64,000 nucleotides of DNA from an uncultured bacterium (GCA_963768305.1 CAVYHE010000003.1:276253-340252); one strand, 5' to 3'; counted from the stretch's first letter, positions 1 through 11,443 are shown. Notes: generated from the sequence alone by a model not told the origin. Numbers and translations: made by a program.

Positions 1-63
1 GTCGCAAAAGACTGGAACGCAGAAAAGGATCGATATGCAAAGCAATAGAAATGTTCTTTTCAA
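1..63 (-). CDS. 5' end of secreted protein (partial, runs off window)
   Basis: TTG start at 63 after a G-rich RBS-like stretch; reads MKRTFLLLCISILFCVPVFCD, signal-peptide-like. Confidence 0.5.
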   Translation of the reverse strand, partial: MKRTFLLLCISILFCVPVFCD

Positions 64-106
64 AAGAAGCCCCCCAACATTCAATTATTATATCTTAAAC
101 AGGAGA

Positions 107-1810
107 TCATAGCCATCTGCTCGGCACAAGTTCGAAAGAGAAATTGAATTCAGACCTTAATTTGTCAACATCCCTTTTAAGGATGTAACTGAAAATGAGG
201 TTGTAACAATGCATCCCGAGCAGCAGTTCATAATCCACCTTGAAAAGGTCCCAGCTGGGCAGTTCATATGAAGCCTTCATCGAAAGATACGACCACCAGG
301 CATTCATCTTTACGCTGCCCGTGAACGTATCATAAGGCGAATACCAGTATCCCTCGAACAGATATGGCGAAAATCCCTCCTGATTTATATAATGCGAATG
401 GGCGTAAGTCAAGGTCAGGCGGTCGAAATACTTTTGTTCGAGCGCCAGCTTTTGTTCCGCCCTGTCCCATGACTCCGATGATCCGGTATCGCCGTTAAGA
501 TCGCCGTTAAGATCGCCGTAATGTGACGAAGCGGAGTCCACTCCCGCGTTGAATTTTCCAAGCCATCCCCAATTCGCGGAGTAAAGGATGTCCGCGTAAT
601 AATTTGTCATCGTGCCGGATGTGACATAACCCGTGGGGAGGGGCGATTCAGGTTCGGGGACCTCTTCCGAGACATTGGCCGTGCTTGCCTCCATGTAATA
701 AGTGAAAGGTTCCCCGAGCAGCGGAAGAGGTTGCCTGTTGGACCTGATCGTGACTTTGGGCGTATAGCTGACCCTTGTGAAGGGTCCTTCATTCGCGTCC
801 AGGTGGGGCCTTTCCCTGAGCGAATCCAGCAGCTCGAGTTCATAAGCATATTTTCCGCCGGGCTTATAGAATTCATAAACAAGCGAATCTTCATCGAATT
901 TTGAGAGCAATTTTGGTCCCAGCGAAATGAAATGCGTCCATCCGCCATAACCGCCTTCCATTTCATCGCTCCCGATCCGCAGCTCACCCTCCATCCTGTC
1001 GTTAAGAATGTAATTCGCGGCAAGCGATCCCCCAAAATGGTTGTTTCCCGAGTAGCTGAGGAGAGTTTTTGCGTATGACCTTGGAGTGAAATACCAGTTA
1101 AAGCCCTGCTTGATAAAGGTCCCGTCCACCGGGTTAGCCCCGATCTCCGGGACAGGCTGCTGAATATTGGCCTCTTCCTTTTTTGCCTGGCCTTCTTCCG
1201 ATAATTTCTTCGCTTTTGCTTTTTTGTCCGCATTCGCGAATTTGTCCTTCGGGACAGAAGCCGAATACACGAAAGTAGGAACGGGTATCACAGGCGCGAT
1301 CCACACCCATGTTGTGGCATAATACGCGACTATCAGTCCCGTCTCCGGATACAGGGTCACCTGTTGCGCGGAAATATGATAATGTTGTGACTGCGGCTGG
1401 TTGCTGCATCCCGTGAAATATCCGTCGTATATCTCGAATTTATCGGTATCAAGGGTCATGTACCGGCCGCCGAGAAAAGTCTCACCGAAATCTATCCGCA
1501 CTCTTTCCGCGTTGCCCGTATTTTTCCAGTAATAGTATTCCATGGAACTGCCGGAGATGCTGTAACCTTCTTTCTTGAATATGAACTGATCCATCGCAGA
1601 GATCTTCTCATCCTTGAAATATCTGATGACATACGGAGACTCTATCCGGAAGTCGGGCCCTTTTACGACGACATGGCCTTTTGCTATAAGAACATCGCGG
1701 TATTTATCATAATGCGTGTAATCAGCGGTTATCTTGATATTTTGCGCATAGCAATACCCGCAGCATACTATGATAAGGCAGACAAATAATGATAGCTTTT
1801 TCAAGTCCAC
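107..1810 (-). CDS. lptD: LptD-like LPS assembly outer-membrane protein
   Basis: Signal peptide, OstA-like N-terminus (ITADY..AKGHVVV), FTGC..HYHISA motif, beta-rich C-terminus; next to mla genes. Confidence 0.65.
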   Translation of the reverse strand: MDLKKLSLFVCLIIVCCGYCYAQNIKITADYTHYDKYRDVLIAKGHVVVKGPDFRIESPYVIRYFKDEKISAMDQFIFKKEGYSISGSSMEYYYWKNTGNAERVRIDFGETFLGGRYMTLDTDKFEIYDGYFTGCSNQPQSQHYHISAQQVTLYPETGLIVAYYATTWVWIAPVIPVPTFVYSASVPKDKFANADKKAKAKKLSEEGQAKKEEANIQQPVPEIGANPVDGTFIKQGFNWYFTPRSYAKTLLSYSGNNHFGGSLAANYILNDRMEGELRIGSDEMEGGYGGWTHFISLGPKLLSKFDEDSLVYEFYKPGGKYAYELELLDSLRERPHLDANEGPFTRVSYTPKVTIRSNRQPLPLLGEPFTYYMEASTANVSEEVPEPESPLPTGYVTSGTMTNYYADILYSANWGWLGKFNAGVDSASSHYGDLNGDLNGDTGSSESWDRAEQKLALEQKYFDRLTLTYAHSHYINQEGFSPYLFEGYWYSPYDTFTGSVKMNAWWSYLSMKASYELPSWDLFKVDYELLLGMHCYNLIFSYILKRDVDKLRSEFNFSFELVPSRWL

Positions 1811-1813
1811 AAT

Positions 1814-2614
1814 TTATTTAGAGTACCTTCTGAGCACCTTGCTTGCATCCGATGACGCTTGCCTTAATTCATTGAATGCGTCTTTCGCGTTCTTTACGGT
1901 ATCTTTCACGTTACCGATGAATTCGGGATCGCTTGTAAGTTTGTCCAGTGCCGATATTACGCCGTCCAGTTCTTTGCTGACCCTGTTAATGGTGTCCGAA
2001 GCGGTGCTCAGGCTTTTTATCAGGTCCCCGAAACCGCCCCTTGATATCGCATTAGAAAGTCCCGAAGTGATCTTGTTCAGCTCGGCGGTGGTTTTTTGCA
2101 TATTGATCAAGGTATCTTTCGCCGCTTTTTGGACGACAGGATCGTCAGTTATCTTCCTAACCGATTGAAGGATCCTTTTGCTTTCTTCCAGGTTCTGCGT
2201 GCCGACATCGATGAAATCCACCATCCCGAGCGTGCTGAAACCGGGAATTACGCTTTTATTCTTGAGCATGACCGTTGATACGCCCGGCATTATCTCCACG
2301 TATTTCTGGCCGATCAAACCGTCAAAAGCGACGCGAAGGGTGGAACCTTCCGGAACGTTAATGTTGGGCTGTATGATAAGATAAACCCTCACTTCCTCCG
2401 GGCTGGGTTCTATTCGGACGACCTTGCCTACCTGGTAACCGCGGTACCTGACCTCCGCTCCCGTCATGACCCCTCCCGCGTTGTCAAAGGACCCGATGAT
2501 CTCATAACCTTTCGCTTTAAGGAAGATATCCCCTTTCCAGATTATCATCGACGCAAGTATCATCATTGCCGCCAGCGCGATCATTCCGACCTTTGCCTGC
2601 AGGGATAATTTCAT
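1814..2614 (-). CDS. mlaD: MCE/MlaD family protein
   Basis: N-terminal TM, FDNAGGVMTGAEVRYRGYQVGKV MCE motif, GLIGQKYVEI. Confidence 0.9.
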   Translation of the reverse strand: MKLSLQAKVGMIALAAMMILASMIIWKGDIFLKAKGYEIIGSFDNAGGVMTGAEVRYRGYQVGKVVRIEPSPEEVRVYLIIQPNINVPEGSTLRVAFDGLIGQKYVEIMPGVSTVMLKNKSVIPGFSTLGMVDFIDVGTQNLEESKRILQSVRKITDDPVVQKAAKDTLINMQKTTAELNKITSGLSNAISRGGFGDLIKSLSTASDTINRVSKELDGVISALDKLTSDPEFIGNVKDTVKNAKDAFNELRQASSDASKVLRRYSK

Positions 2615-2633
2615 TTACATTACCTCCTCGTTA

Positions 2634-3410
2634 TTATGACGCTTTTCCCGTGACGAACTGTTTGATCACGGGATCCTTTGACGCAGCAGTTTCATCCGGA
2701 GTCCCCGCCTCAAGTATCTTCCCATTATGAAGCATAACTATCCTGTCGGCAATCTTATAAACCGTGCTCAACTGGTGCGTCACCACTATCGCGGAGGTAC
2801 CGAGCTTCCCGTGTATGTCCAGGATAAGGTCCTCGATCGATGTGGCCGTTGTTGGATCCAGCCCTGTTGTCGGCTCATCATAGAGGATGATCTCAGGTTC
2901 CGTGGCCAGTGCCCTGGCAAGACCCACTCTTTTTTGCATTCCGCCGGACAGCTCGGCCGGCATCAGGCTCTCAGACCCATTTAACCCCACCATTTCCAGT
3001 TTTTCCGACACTATCTGAAATATCTTTTTTTCGGGAAATTTAGAATGCTCTCTGAGACCGAATGCCACGTTCTCCCCAACCGTCAAAGAATCAAAAAGCG
3101 CCGAGGACTGGAATACCATGCCGATGCACCTTCTTGCGTTCACCATTTCTTCCTTGTCCATGCCGGCGATGTTAACGCCCTTGATCCTTATCTCTCCCGA
3201 TGTGGGAGGGAAAAGCCCTATGATCAGCCTTAATATAGTGCTTTTCCCGCATCCGGACGGCCCGATGATGGCCAGTGTTTCGCCTTTTTTAAGCGCAAGG
3301 TCCACTCCGTTTATGACGCTCTTTTCGTTAAAACTCTTATGAACATCGATCAATTCGATAACATTGCCGGACGGCTTTTCAGCTGAAATTGCTTTTTTGA
3401 CCTTTTTCAC
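2634..3410 (-). CDS. mlaF: MlaF-type ABC transporter ATPase
   Basis: GPSGCGKS, LSGGMQKRV, ILYDEPTTGLDP; lies between mlaE and mlaD. Confidence 0.9.
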   Translation of the reverse strand: MKKVKKAISAEKPSGNVIELIDVHKSFNEKSVINGVDLALKKGETLAIIGPSGCGKSTILRLIIGLFPPTSGEIRIKGVNIAGMDKEEMVNARRCIGMVFQSSALFDSLTVGENVAFGLREHSKFPEKKIFQIVSEKLEMVGLNGSESLMPAELSGGMQKRVGLARALATEPEIILYDEPTTGLDPTTATSIEDLILDIHGKLGTSAIVVTHQLSTVYKIADRIVMLHNGKILEAGTPDETAASKDPVIKQFVTGKAS

Positions 3411-3447
3411 TTGGTCGGTGAAAGATCTTTTTAATATCGAACATCCA

Positions 3448-4214
3448 TCACCTTTTAAATAATACCAGCGAAAGGAAATAATTCGCGACGAATATCGCCA
3501 TGAGGGAATAGACCACGGAATTCGTGGTGGCTTCCCCTACCCCTTTTGCGCCGCCTTTTGTCTTTAGTCCCATATAGCAGCCGATTATCGATATTATCAT
3601 CCCGAAAAAGATCGCTTTTATGATCCCGCCGGTGATGTCGCCCATACCAAGGAAAGAGGACGCAGAATCCATGTAACCGAAGGAATTGATCCCCACGACA
3701 TATACCGCGACCAAGTATCCCCCGAAGAAACCGACAATGTCCGCGAATATGGTAAGTATCGGGAGCATGAACGTGCTGGCGATGAACCTTGGAACGACAA
3801 GATGCTTTATCGGGTCGCTGCCCATGGCGTAAATGGCGTCTATTTGCTCCGTTACGGACATGGTGCCTATTTCGGCGGCAAATGACGAGCCGACCCGGCC
3901 CGCGATGACAACGGCCGTTAACGCCGGCGCGAGCTCCCTTGCCACCGCTATTCCCATTACGCCGCCCACCACATTGCCGGCGCCGAATTTCACGAATTCA
4001 GAGGCGATCTGGACCGCAAAGACCATTCCCACGAATGCCGCGGTCACCACTGCGACGGGAAGAGAATCAACCCCTATCCTCACCATCTGGGCAAGAAGGT
4101 CCCTGTAATTGAATATTCCCCTGAACGAATAAAGCAATGTTTGAAGGGAAAGGAAGGTGATCCCCCTGCTTCTTCGAACGCATTAATGATCCATTTCCCG
4201 ATATCATCCAACAT
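3448..4214 (-). CDS. mlaE: MlaE ABC permease (frameshift near 5' end)
   Basis: RELAPALTA, GSSFAAEIGTMSVTEQIDA, GGAKGVGEATT; N-terminus MLDDIGKW from 4214 in another frame. Confidence 0.88.
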
Positions 4215-4245
4215 TTTAATGTCTAACCTCTCTTGATAATGGATT

Positions 4246-5067
4246 TCATGTCTGCGGTATGGAATCGATTATATCACTTGCAATGACGCCGCGGTCGCCT
4301 TTTTTTGATGATGCGCGGTTGCCCGCCATGCCGTGAATGAAAGCCGCGGCCACGGCCGCATGGAAACTATCCACTCCCTGACCTATGAGGCTCGCGACGA
4401 TCCCTGTCAGAACATCCCCGGAACCGGCGGTGGCAAGTGCGGGATTTTTCACCGGATTGATGAATATCTTTCCTTTGCCGGCTATGACCGTTTCGGCGCC
4501 CTTCAGGACCACGGTCACGCCGAATTTCGATGCGAACGAGGCGGCTGAACCGGTCCTGTCATTCTGTATGGATCGAACGCTCTTTTTCGTCAGTCTGGAG
4601 AATTCTCCCGGATGCGGAGTGATGACCATATCTTTTCCGCTTTTCTTCAAGATCGACGGATCGGAAATAGCGTTCAGGCCATCGGCATCGATCACTATGG
4701 GAACTTTCACTTTTTTAGAAAGCAGGACCTTTTTCACGATCCCGGCGGCGGTATTCCCCCTTGAAAGCCCGGGGCCGATCGCTATGGCATCGAAATCCGT
4801 TAATTTATCGTTCAGCTGTGAAAAACCGGCGACGATAGTTTCCAGCGATATTGAATTGACGACATTCTTTATTTTATCCGGTACGCACAGTGTAACGAGG
4901 CCGGAGCCTGTTCTCAGGGCGGCGCGGGCGGTAAGGACAGCCGCCCCTATCATTCCGGATGAACCCGCAATGATAAGGACTTTTCCAAAATCGCCCTTAT
5001 TGGCGTCAGCCTTGCGCTTTGGAAGAACATTGGCCACATATTTGGAACTGGTGATAGATGTTTTCAT
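4246..5067 (-). CDS. nnrD: ADP-dependent NAD(P)H-hydrate dehydratase
   Basis: NKGDFGKVLIIAGS, IGPGL, DADGL, TPHPGEF, TAGSGDVL. Confidence 0.92.
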   Translation of the reverse strand: MKTSITSSKYVANVLPKRKADANKGDFGKVLIIAGSSGMIGAAVLTARAALRTGSGLVTLCVPDKIKNVVNSISLETIVAGFSQLNDKLTDFDAIAIGPGLSRGNTAAGIVKKVLLSKKVKVPIVIDADGLNAISDPSILKKSGKDMVITPHPGEFSRLTKKSVRSIQNDRTGSAASFASKFGVTVVLKGAETVIAGKGKIFINPVKNPALATAGSGDVLTGIVASLIGQGVDSFHAAVAAAFIHGMAGNRASSKKGDRGVIASDIIDSIPQT

Positions 5068-5070
5068 CCT

Positions 5071-5421
5071 TTAATTCACCATCACAACTGCGGTCGCGTA
5101 ATCCTTGCTGTGGGAAAGGCTCACCATCGCTCGTTTCACAAGCTTGCGGTTCACGTAAATATTGGGCTTCCCGAGGCAGTCGTTTATTACCTCTATCTCT
5201 TTCCAGTAGATGCCCTTTATGCCGGTGCCGATGGCTTTTGAATAGGCCTCTTTAGCGGCAAATCGGGCGGCGAGTTCGGGGAATTTAAGCGCTTTTTTGG
5301 ATGAGCAGTATTTCAGCTCTCTTTGGGTGAATATCCTTTTGAGGAATTTATCTTTGAACTGCTTGACGGCATCTTTGACCCTGTGTATCTCTATTATGTC
5401 GATCCCAATGCCTTTTTGCAC
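5071..5421 (-). CDS. acpS: Holo-ACP synthase
   Basis: GIGIDIIE, ARFAAKEAYSKAIGTG, VSLSHS. Confidence 0.95.
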   Translation of the reverse strand: MQKGIGIDIIEIHRVKDAVKQFKDKFLKRIFTQRELKYCSSKKALKFPELAARFAAKEAYSKAIGTGIKGIYWKEIEVINDCLGKPNIYVNRKLVKRAMVSLSHSKDYATAVVMVN

Positions 5422-5425
5422 GGCT

Positions 5426-6337
5426 TTAGCTTACCGCCGTGAGCCAATCCATGTATTTCGGGTCATCGCCTTTGACCGCTTTGAAATATACTTCCTGCAG
5501 TTTTTTTGACACGGGCCCGACGTTGCCGTCATTTATCGTTTTTCCGTCCACGCTGACTATGGGGGATATCTGGGCGCCCGTTCCGCAGAAGAAAAGCTCA
5601 TCCGCTCCGTAAAGTTCTTCTTTTTTAACGTGGCGCTCTATCGTTTCCACCCCGAGCTCTTTTTCGGCAAGCTCTATCAATGATACGCGGGTTATGCCGG
5701 GAAGGATTATTTCCGTCAGAGGAGGAGTTATCAATATCCCGTTCTTTACAAGGAAAAGATTCTCCCCCGATCCTTCCGCCACGGTCCCTTCCGGAGAAAG
5801 CAGGATCGCTTCGTCAAAGCCTTTTTCAAGCGCTTCCGCCTTGGCGAGAGAGGAATTGATATATGCGCCGGTTATCTTCGCTCCCTGAGGGAGCGACTGG
5901 GCGCCGATCCTTCTCCATGATGATATGCAGACATTTATCCCCTTGGATACGTCCAGATATTCGCCGAACGGGGCAACGAACATGCAGAAATCATCGGCTA
6001 TTCCTGTCAATCCCAGTCCGATCTTTTCTTCCGATTTGTATGCAAGCGGTCTAACATAAACATCTTCCTTGTAGTCATTGCGCTTGCAAAGCTCCGCGGT
6101 GATCCTTATCAATTCTTCAACGGAATATTTCAGCTTTATATTCACCGCAAGCGCGGAAACCTGGAGCCTTTCAAAATGCTCCTTGAGTTTTAAAAGGAAC
6201 ATCTGTTTTTTTCGGGGATTCCAGTAACCGCGTATGCCCTCAAAAACGCCCGTGCCGTAATTGAAAGCGTGGGTCATTATCCCGATCTTCGCGTCGGCAA
6301 AAGGAACGAATTTTCCCTGAAAGAACGCTGTTTTCAT
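5426..6337 (-). CDS. ilvE: Branched-chain amino acid aminotransferase
   Basis: HAFNYGTGVFEGIRGY, EGSGENLF, ILPGITR, FFCGTGA. Confidence 0.93.
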   Translation of the reverse strand: MKTAFFQGKFVPFADAKIGIMTHAFNYGTGVFEGIRGYWNPRKKQMFLLKLKEHFERLQVSALAVNIKLKYSVEELIRITAELCKRNDYKEDVYVRPLAYKSEEKIGLGLTGIADDFCMFVAPFGEYLDVSKGINVCISSWRRIGAQSLPQGAKITGAYINSSLAKAEALEKGFDEAILLSPEGTVAEGSGENLFLVKNGILITPPLTEIILPGITRVSLIELAEKELGVETIERHVKKEELYGADELFFCGTGAQISPIVSVDGKTINDGNVGPVSKKLQEVYFKAVKGDDPKYMDWLTAVS

Positions 6338-6355
6338 TTGCTCTCCGATCAAAAT

Positions 6356-7933
6356 TTACATGGATTCCGGAGCCGTTATTCCCAATAATTTTAACACATT
6401 CCTCAAAACTATTGAAGCCGATTTGACCAGCGCCAGCCTGGCTTTGGACAATTCTTTGTCATCGGTTATGACCCTTTCCTGGTGATAATAATTGTGGAAT
6501 ATCTGAGCAAGAGATTCCGCGTAGGCGGTCAATCTATGCGGTTGCATTGATAAAGCGGCGCTGATGACCTCGTCCTCGAAGTGCAGAAGTTTAAGCATCA
6601 ATTTTCTTTCCGGTTCGGCTTTAAGCAGCTCCATATGCGATGTCGATGGCGAAAGCCCGGCTTTTTTTGCCTCTTTCAGGATGCTTATGATCCTCGCGTG
6701 GGCATAGCCTACATAATATACAGGATTTTCAAGGGATTTTGATTTCGCGAGTTCAAGGTCAAAATCCAGGTGCGTGCTCGGGCTGTTCTTCACGAGGAAA
6801 TATCTTGCGGCGGGGGTCCCGATTTCATCGATAACCTCCTTAAGCGTTATCATCTCCCCTGTCCTTTTGCTCATTTTCACAAGTTCCTTGCCCCTGTAGA
6901 GCGCCACAAGCTGGCCGATGATTATTTCAAGGTTTTCGTCCGGGTATCCGAGCGCGGTCATCGCCGCTTTCAATCTTGCAACATAGCCGTGATGATCCGT
7001 TCCCCAGACATTGATTATCCTGTCATAGCCGCGGTCGAACTTGCCGGCATGATATGCTATATCGGCCGCGAAATAAGTGGTTTGGCCGTCCTCTTTTACA
7101 AGCACCCTGTTCTTGTCGTCACCGTACTGGCTGGACTTGAACCATAAAGCAGAACCTTCATGGAAAGTAAGACCCTTGTCTTCCAGGCGTTTTATGCATT
7201 TTTTAACTAGACCTTTTTTATGAAGTTCGCTCTCAAAAAACCATTTGTCGTAATTGACCCCCAGCTCTTTCAGGGTCTCTTTCTGATCTTCCAGGAGCAT
7301 CTTCAAGGATTCTTCCTTGACCCGGTTCTTATTCCTGATATGAGCGGCGACATCCTCGATGTATTTTCCGGCATATCCGTTTTCCGGGACCGGTTGCCCA
7401 TCCATTTTCGCTTTTACAGACGATACAAGGTTGTTTATCTGTTCGCCGACGTCATTCACGTAATATTCCCTGTCCACCTTGAATCCAACGGTTTTCATTA
7501 TGTTCGCAAGGCAGTCCCCTATTACCGCCCACCTGCCGTGGCCTATATGAAGCGGACCGGTTGGATTCGCGCTTACATATTCAAGGAGAACTTTTTTTCC
7601 TTTGCCGGCGTCAGAGCGACCATATTTCTCATCGTATTTAAGTATATCCGCGATATTCATTACAAGGACCAAGTCTTTGAGCTTAAAGTTTATGAATCCC
7701 TGTGGCGTAGCGTCGATCTTAGCGAAGAGCTTGCCGTTATCGATCTTCTTAATGCCGGAAACTATGATGTTCGCTGCATCGATCGGCGTGGACTTGTTGG
7801 CTCTGGCAATAAGCATTGCGATGTTAGTTGAATAATCGCCGTACTGCTCGTTCTTCGGGGTTTCTATCTCTACAGGAAGATCGGCGGCAATGTCGCTTTT
7901 AATGAGGGCTTTTATTTTCTGCTGGATCGGCAT
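6356..7933 (-). CDS. argS: Arginine-tRNA ligase
   Basis: EYVSANPTGPLHIGHGR, KMSKRTG, NPVYYVGYAHARI, APESM end. Confidence 0.97.
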   Translation of the reverse strand: MPIQQKIKALIKSDIAADLPVEIETPKNEQYGDYSTNIAMLIARANKSTPIDAANIIVSGIKKIDNGKLFAKIDATPQGFINFKLKDLVLVMNIADILKYDEKYGRSDAGKGKKVLLEYVSANPTGPLHIGHGRWAVIGDCLANIMKTVGFKVDREYYVNDVGEQINNLVSSVKAKMDGQPVPENGYAGKYIEDVAAHIRNKNRVKEESLKMLLEDQKETLKELGVNYDKWFFESELHKKGLVKKCIKRLEDKGLTFHEGSALWFKSSQYGDDKNRVLVKEDGQTTYFAADIAYHAGKFDRGYDRIINVWGTDHHGYVARLKAAMTALGYPDENLEIIIGQLVALYRGKELVKMSKRTGEMITLKEVIDEIGTPAARYFLVKNSPSTHLDFDLELAKSKSLENPVYYVGYAHARIISILKEAKKAGLSPSTSHMELLKAEPERKLMLKLLHFEDEVISAALSMQPHRLTAYAESLAQIFHNYYHQERVITDDKELSKARLALVKSASIVLRNVLKLLGITAPESM

Positions 7934-7949
7934 GGTTATGATAAGGCCG

Positions 7950-8795
7950 TCAGGAAGCTTTCGGATATGAGCCTAGCATCTTGAAGAAAGAAGCTTTCCC
8001 TTTGACCTCTTTTAACGCATCGGCGACCTTCTTGCCAGCCCTGTGGCCGTCGATATCGATGAAGAAAAAGTAATCCCCGAGCGTTCTTTTGGTCGGCCGC
8101 GACTCTATCTTTGTCAGATTTATGCCGCGTTTTGCGAACTCCCCGAGGATCGCGTAAAGGCCTCCCGGCCTGTCCTTCTTTATGGAGAATACTATTGATG
8201 TTTTATCTTTTCCCGTCTTAAGATGGTCCTTCTTTGCAAGAACGACGAATCTCGTGGCATTATGCGGGGAATCGTTCACATTTGAAGCTATTATCACCAA
8301 ATTATAGAGTTTCGCGGATATCTTGGAGCCGATGGCCGCGGGAACTTCCAGCCCCTTCACGATCCCCGCTTCAGCGACCTGCCTTGCGGCGTCAGCAGAG
8401 CTGAAAGCGAACCTTATCCTGGCCTTGGGAAGGTTCTTTCTTAAATAATGTTTGCACTGATCTATGATCTGGGGGAACGAGACGACCTCTGTGACCTTTG
8501 AGGGAGGAACTTGTATTTTTGACATCAAATAATGCTGGACCGGAATGACGAGCTCCTGTTTTATCTGGAGACGTACCTCGTTGACCAAAATATCGGTCAC
8601 TGTGCCGATGGTCCCTTCAACAGAGTTCTCGATCGGGACTATGCCTTCATCCAGCTTGCCTTTGTCCACATCCATGAGGACATCATGAAAAGTGGAGTAT
8701 GGGAGGAACTCCGCCTTACCGATCTTTTTCAGATAAACTGAGCTTGCTTCTTCCGAGAAGGTTCCTTCCGGGCCGAGATATCCTATTTTTAACAT
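7950..8795 (-). CDS. pheA: Prephenate dehydratase
   Basis: LGPEGTFS, VPIENSVEG, NATRF, ACT domain INLTKIESRP. Confidence 0.95.
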   Translation of the reverse strand: MLKIGYLGPEGTFSEEASSVYLKKIGKAEFLPYSTFHDVLMDVDKGKLDEGIVPIENSVEGTIGTVTDILVNEVRLQIKQELVIPVQHYLMSKIQVPPSKVTEVVSFPQIIDQCKHYLRKNLPKARIRFAFSSADAARQVAEAGIVKGLEVPAAIGSKISAKLYNLVIIASNVNDSPHNATRFVVLAKKDHLKTGKDKTSIVFSIKKDRPGGLYAILGEFAKRGINLTKIESRPTKRTLGDYFFFIDIDGHRAGKKVADALKEVKGKASFFKMLGSYPKAS

Positions 8796-8797
8796 GG

Positions 8798-9235
8798 CTA
8801 TCTCCTTTCAACTTTGATTTTCGATTCTTTCAGCATCTTTCGGGCAAGTTTATCGGGGTAATCGCCTTCATAAACAAGCCGCTTTATCCCAGAATTTATC
8901 ATCATTTTAACACAAATTATGCAGGGTTGGTAAGTTGCATACATGGTGGATCCTTCTATTTTCACCCCATGCCAGGCCGCCTGGATTATCGCGTTCTGTT
9001 CCGCGTGAAGACCTCTGCATAATTCGTGCCGCTGGCCGGAAGGAACTTTCAATTTTTTCCTGAGGCAGCCTGTCAAACTGCAATGTTCAATATCCTTTGG
9101 TGCGCCGTTGTAGCCGGTGGAAAGTATCCTGTGGTCCATCACGATGATAGCGCCGACCTGTCTTTTAAGGCAGGTGGAACGGACGGCTACATCCTTTGTG
9201 ATCTTCATGAAATATTCGTCCCAGGAAGGGCGCAT
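8798..9235 (-). CDS. dCMP deaminase (ComEB family)
   Basis: [15 protein letters not shown] and PCIIC zinc motifs. Confidence 0.93.
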   Translation of the reverse strand: MRPSWDEYFMKITKDVAVRSTCLKRQVGAIIVMDHRILSTGYNGAPKDIEHCSLTGCLRKKLKVPSGQRHELCRGLHAEQNAIIQAAWHGVKIEGSTMYATYQPCIICVKMMINSGIKRLVYEGDYPDKLARKMLKESKIKVERR

Positions 9236-9237
9236 CG

Positions 9238-10185
9238 TTATTTCCTCTTTATTACGCTTCGGACGGCGGAGCAGATGTCCTTTGAGGTAAGGCCGTATTT
9301 TTCAAGAAGCTCCTCCGGCTTTCCGGATTCGCCGAACATGTCCTTCATGCCGACCCTGGACATGGGAACGGGCATGTTCTCTCCCAGAACTTCGGCGACC
9401 GCGCCGCCAAGCCCCCCGACAATTGAATGCTCTTCAGCCGTGACAATCGCTCCGGTTTCCTGGGCGCACCTTATGATAAGCTCCCTGTCGAGAGGCTTTA
9501 TCGTGTGCATGTTCACGACCCTGGCGCTTATTCCTTCACTTGAGAGTTGTTCCGCCGCGACAAGCGCGTGATGGACCATTATCCCGGTCGCGATGATGGT
9601 GACATCGGTGCCCGGCCTCATTATAATTCCTTTGCCGATGTGAAGTTCATAATTGGCATTTTCGTGGACCAATGGAGTCGGCAGCCGCGGTATCCTGACA
9701 TATGAAGGACCATATTCATTCACAAGCATTTTTATCACACGCGCTGTTTCAATGGCGTCTGCGGGGACTATCACGGTCATGTTGGGGATAACCCTCATTA
9801 TGGCGATGTCCTCATTTGCCTGATGCGTCGCGCCGTCCTCGCCGGTGGTAATGCCTCCGTGCGTGACGACCAGCTTCACGTTCAACCTGGTGTAAGCCAT
9901 GGAAACCCTTACCTGGTCCCACGCGCGGCCTGAGCCGAAAACGGCGAAAGTGCTGGCAAAAACTATTTTCCCGCATGGCTGCGAGCCCTGCCGCTGTGCT
10001 TATCATGTCCTGCTCGGCGACGCCCATGTCAAAGAACCTGTCGGGGAATTCCTTCGCGAAAATGTTCGTTTTAGTCGAGGCGGAAAGGTCGGCATCAAGT
10101 ACGACAATGTCCTTATTGACCTTTCCGAGCTCCAAAGGAGCGTCTTTCCGTACGCGTCGCGCGATGATGCAAGAGTTTCTGCCAT
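9238..10185 (-). CDS. Transketolase C-terminal subunit (2 frameshifts)
   Basis: [34 protein letters not shown] across three frames. Confidence 0.9.
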
Positions 10186-11433
10186 CAGATAAGCTCCTCC
10201 AGCGCCTTGATCACTTCTTCTTTTGTCGGCGCCTTGCCGTGAAAATCCGTCGGCTTGCTTTCCATGAAAGAAACGCCTTTTCCTTTCACCGTCTCGGCGA
10301 TTATGATCGTTGGTTTTCCTTTGAAGTGTACGCCTTCTTCCAAAGCTTTCATTATTGATTTGATATCATGCCCGTTCACGTTATCTATTACATTGAACCT
10401 GAAGGCCTTCCATTTGTCAGCTATCGGCTGGATCCCCTTTATCTCCTCAACGCGGCCGTCTATCTGATACTTGTTGTGGTCAAGGATGACGGTAAGGTTA
10501 TCCAGTTTGTAATGGCCCGCGGTCATTGCAGCTTCCCAGATCTGGCCTTCCTGCGATTCTCCGTCCCCTATCATCGCGTAAACCCTGTAATTTTTTTTGT
10601 CCATTTTTCCAGCCAAAGCCATGCCGTTCGCGGCAGAAAGGCCCTGGCCGAGCGAGCCTGTGGACATTTCTATACCTGGAAGGCTTATCATGTCTACGTG
10701 ACCTTGAAGCGAACTCCCTATTTGCCGGAGCGTCTTAAGGTAACTCTTTCGTGCTTTCTTCCAAAGCTTTTATTATAGATCTCATATCATGCCCGTTCAC
10801 CTTATCAATGACGTTGAACCTGAAAGCTTTCCATTTATCCGCGATAGGCTCGATACCTTTTATATCCTCCACATGGCCGTCTATCTGATATTTGTTATGG
10901 TCCAGGATCACGGTCAAATTATCCAATTTATAATGACCGGCGGTCATCGCCGCTTCCCATATCTGGCCTTCCTGCGACTCTCCGTCCCCTACCATCGCGT
11001 AAACCCTGTAATTTTTTTTGTCCATTTTTCCGGCCAAAGCCATGCCGTTCGCGGCGGAAAGGCCCTGGCCGAGCGAGCCAGTGGACATTTCTATCCCCGG
11101 AAGGCTTATCATGTCCACGTGGCCTTGAAGCGAACTCCCTATCTGCCGGAGCGTCTTAAGATAGCTTTTTGGAAAATATCCCGCTTCCGCCAATGCGGCA
11201 TAAAGGACCGGAGCCGCATGGCCTTTTGAAAGGACAAACCTGTCCCTCTCAGGCCATTTGGGATCCTTTGGGTCATGGCGCAACTGATGAAAATAAAGGG
11301 CTGTAACGATATCTGCGGCTGAAAGGCTTCCGCCCGGGTGTCCGGAGCCGCACCGGCCGATCATCTCCACTATATGTCGGCGTATGACCTTTGCCTTGTC
11401 CTCAAGTTCTTTTATTTTTGCCGAATTTACCAT
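10185..11433 (-). CDS. Transketolase N-terminal subunit with internal ~140-codon tandem duplication
   Basis: SGHPGGSLS, LSKGH; STGSLGQG and GDGESQEG each present twice at 421-bp offset. Confidence 0.85.
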
Positions 11434-11443
11434 AAAAACCTCA

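Noticed and set aside
488..520. 12-bp tandem repeat in lptD
   Set aside because: In-frame GDLN loop expansion, minor
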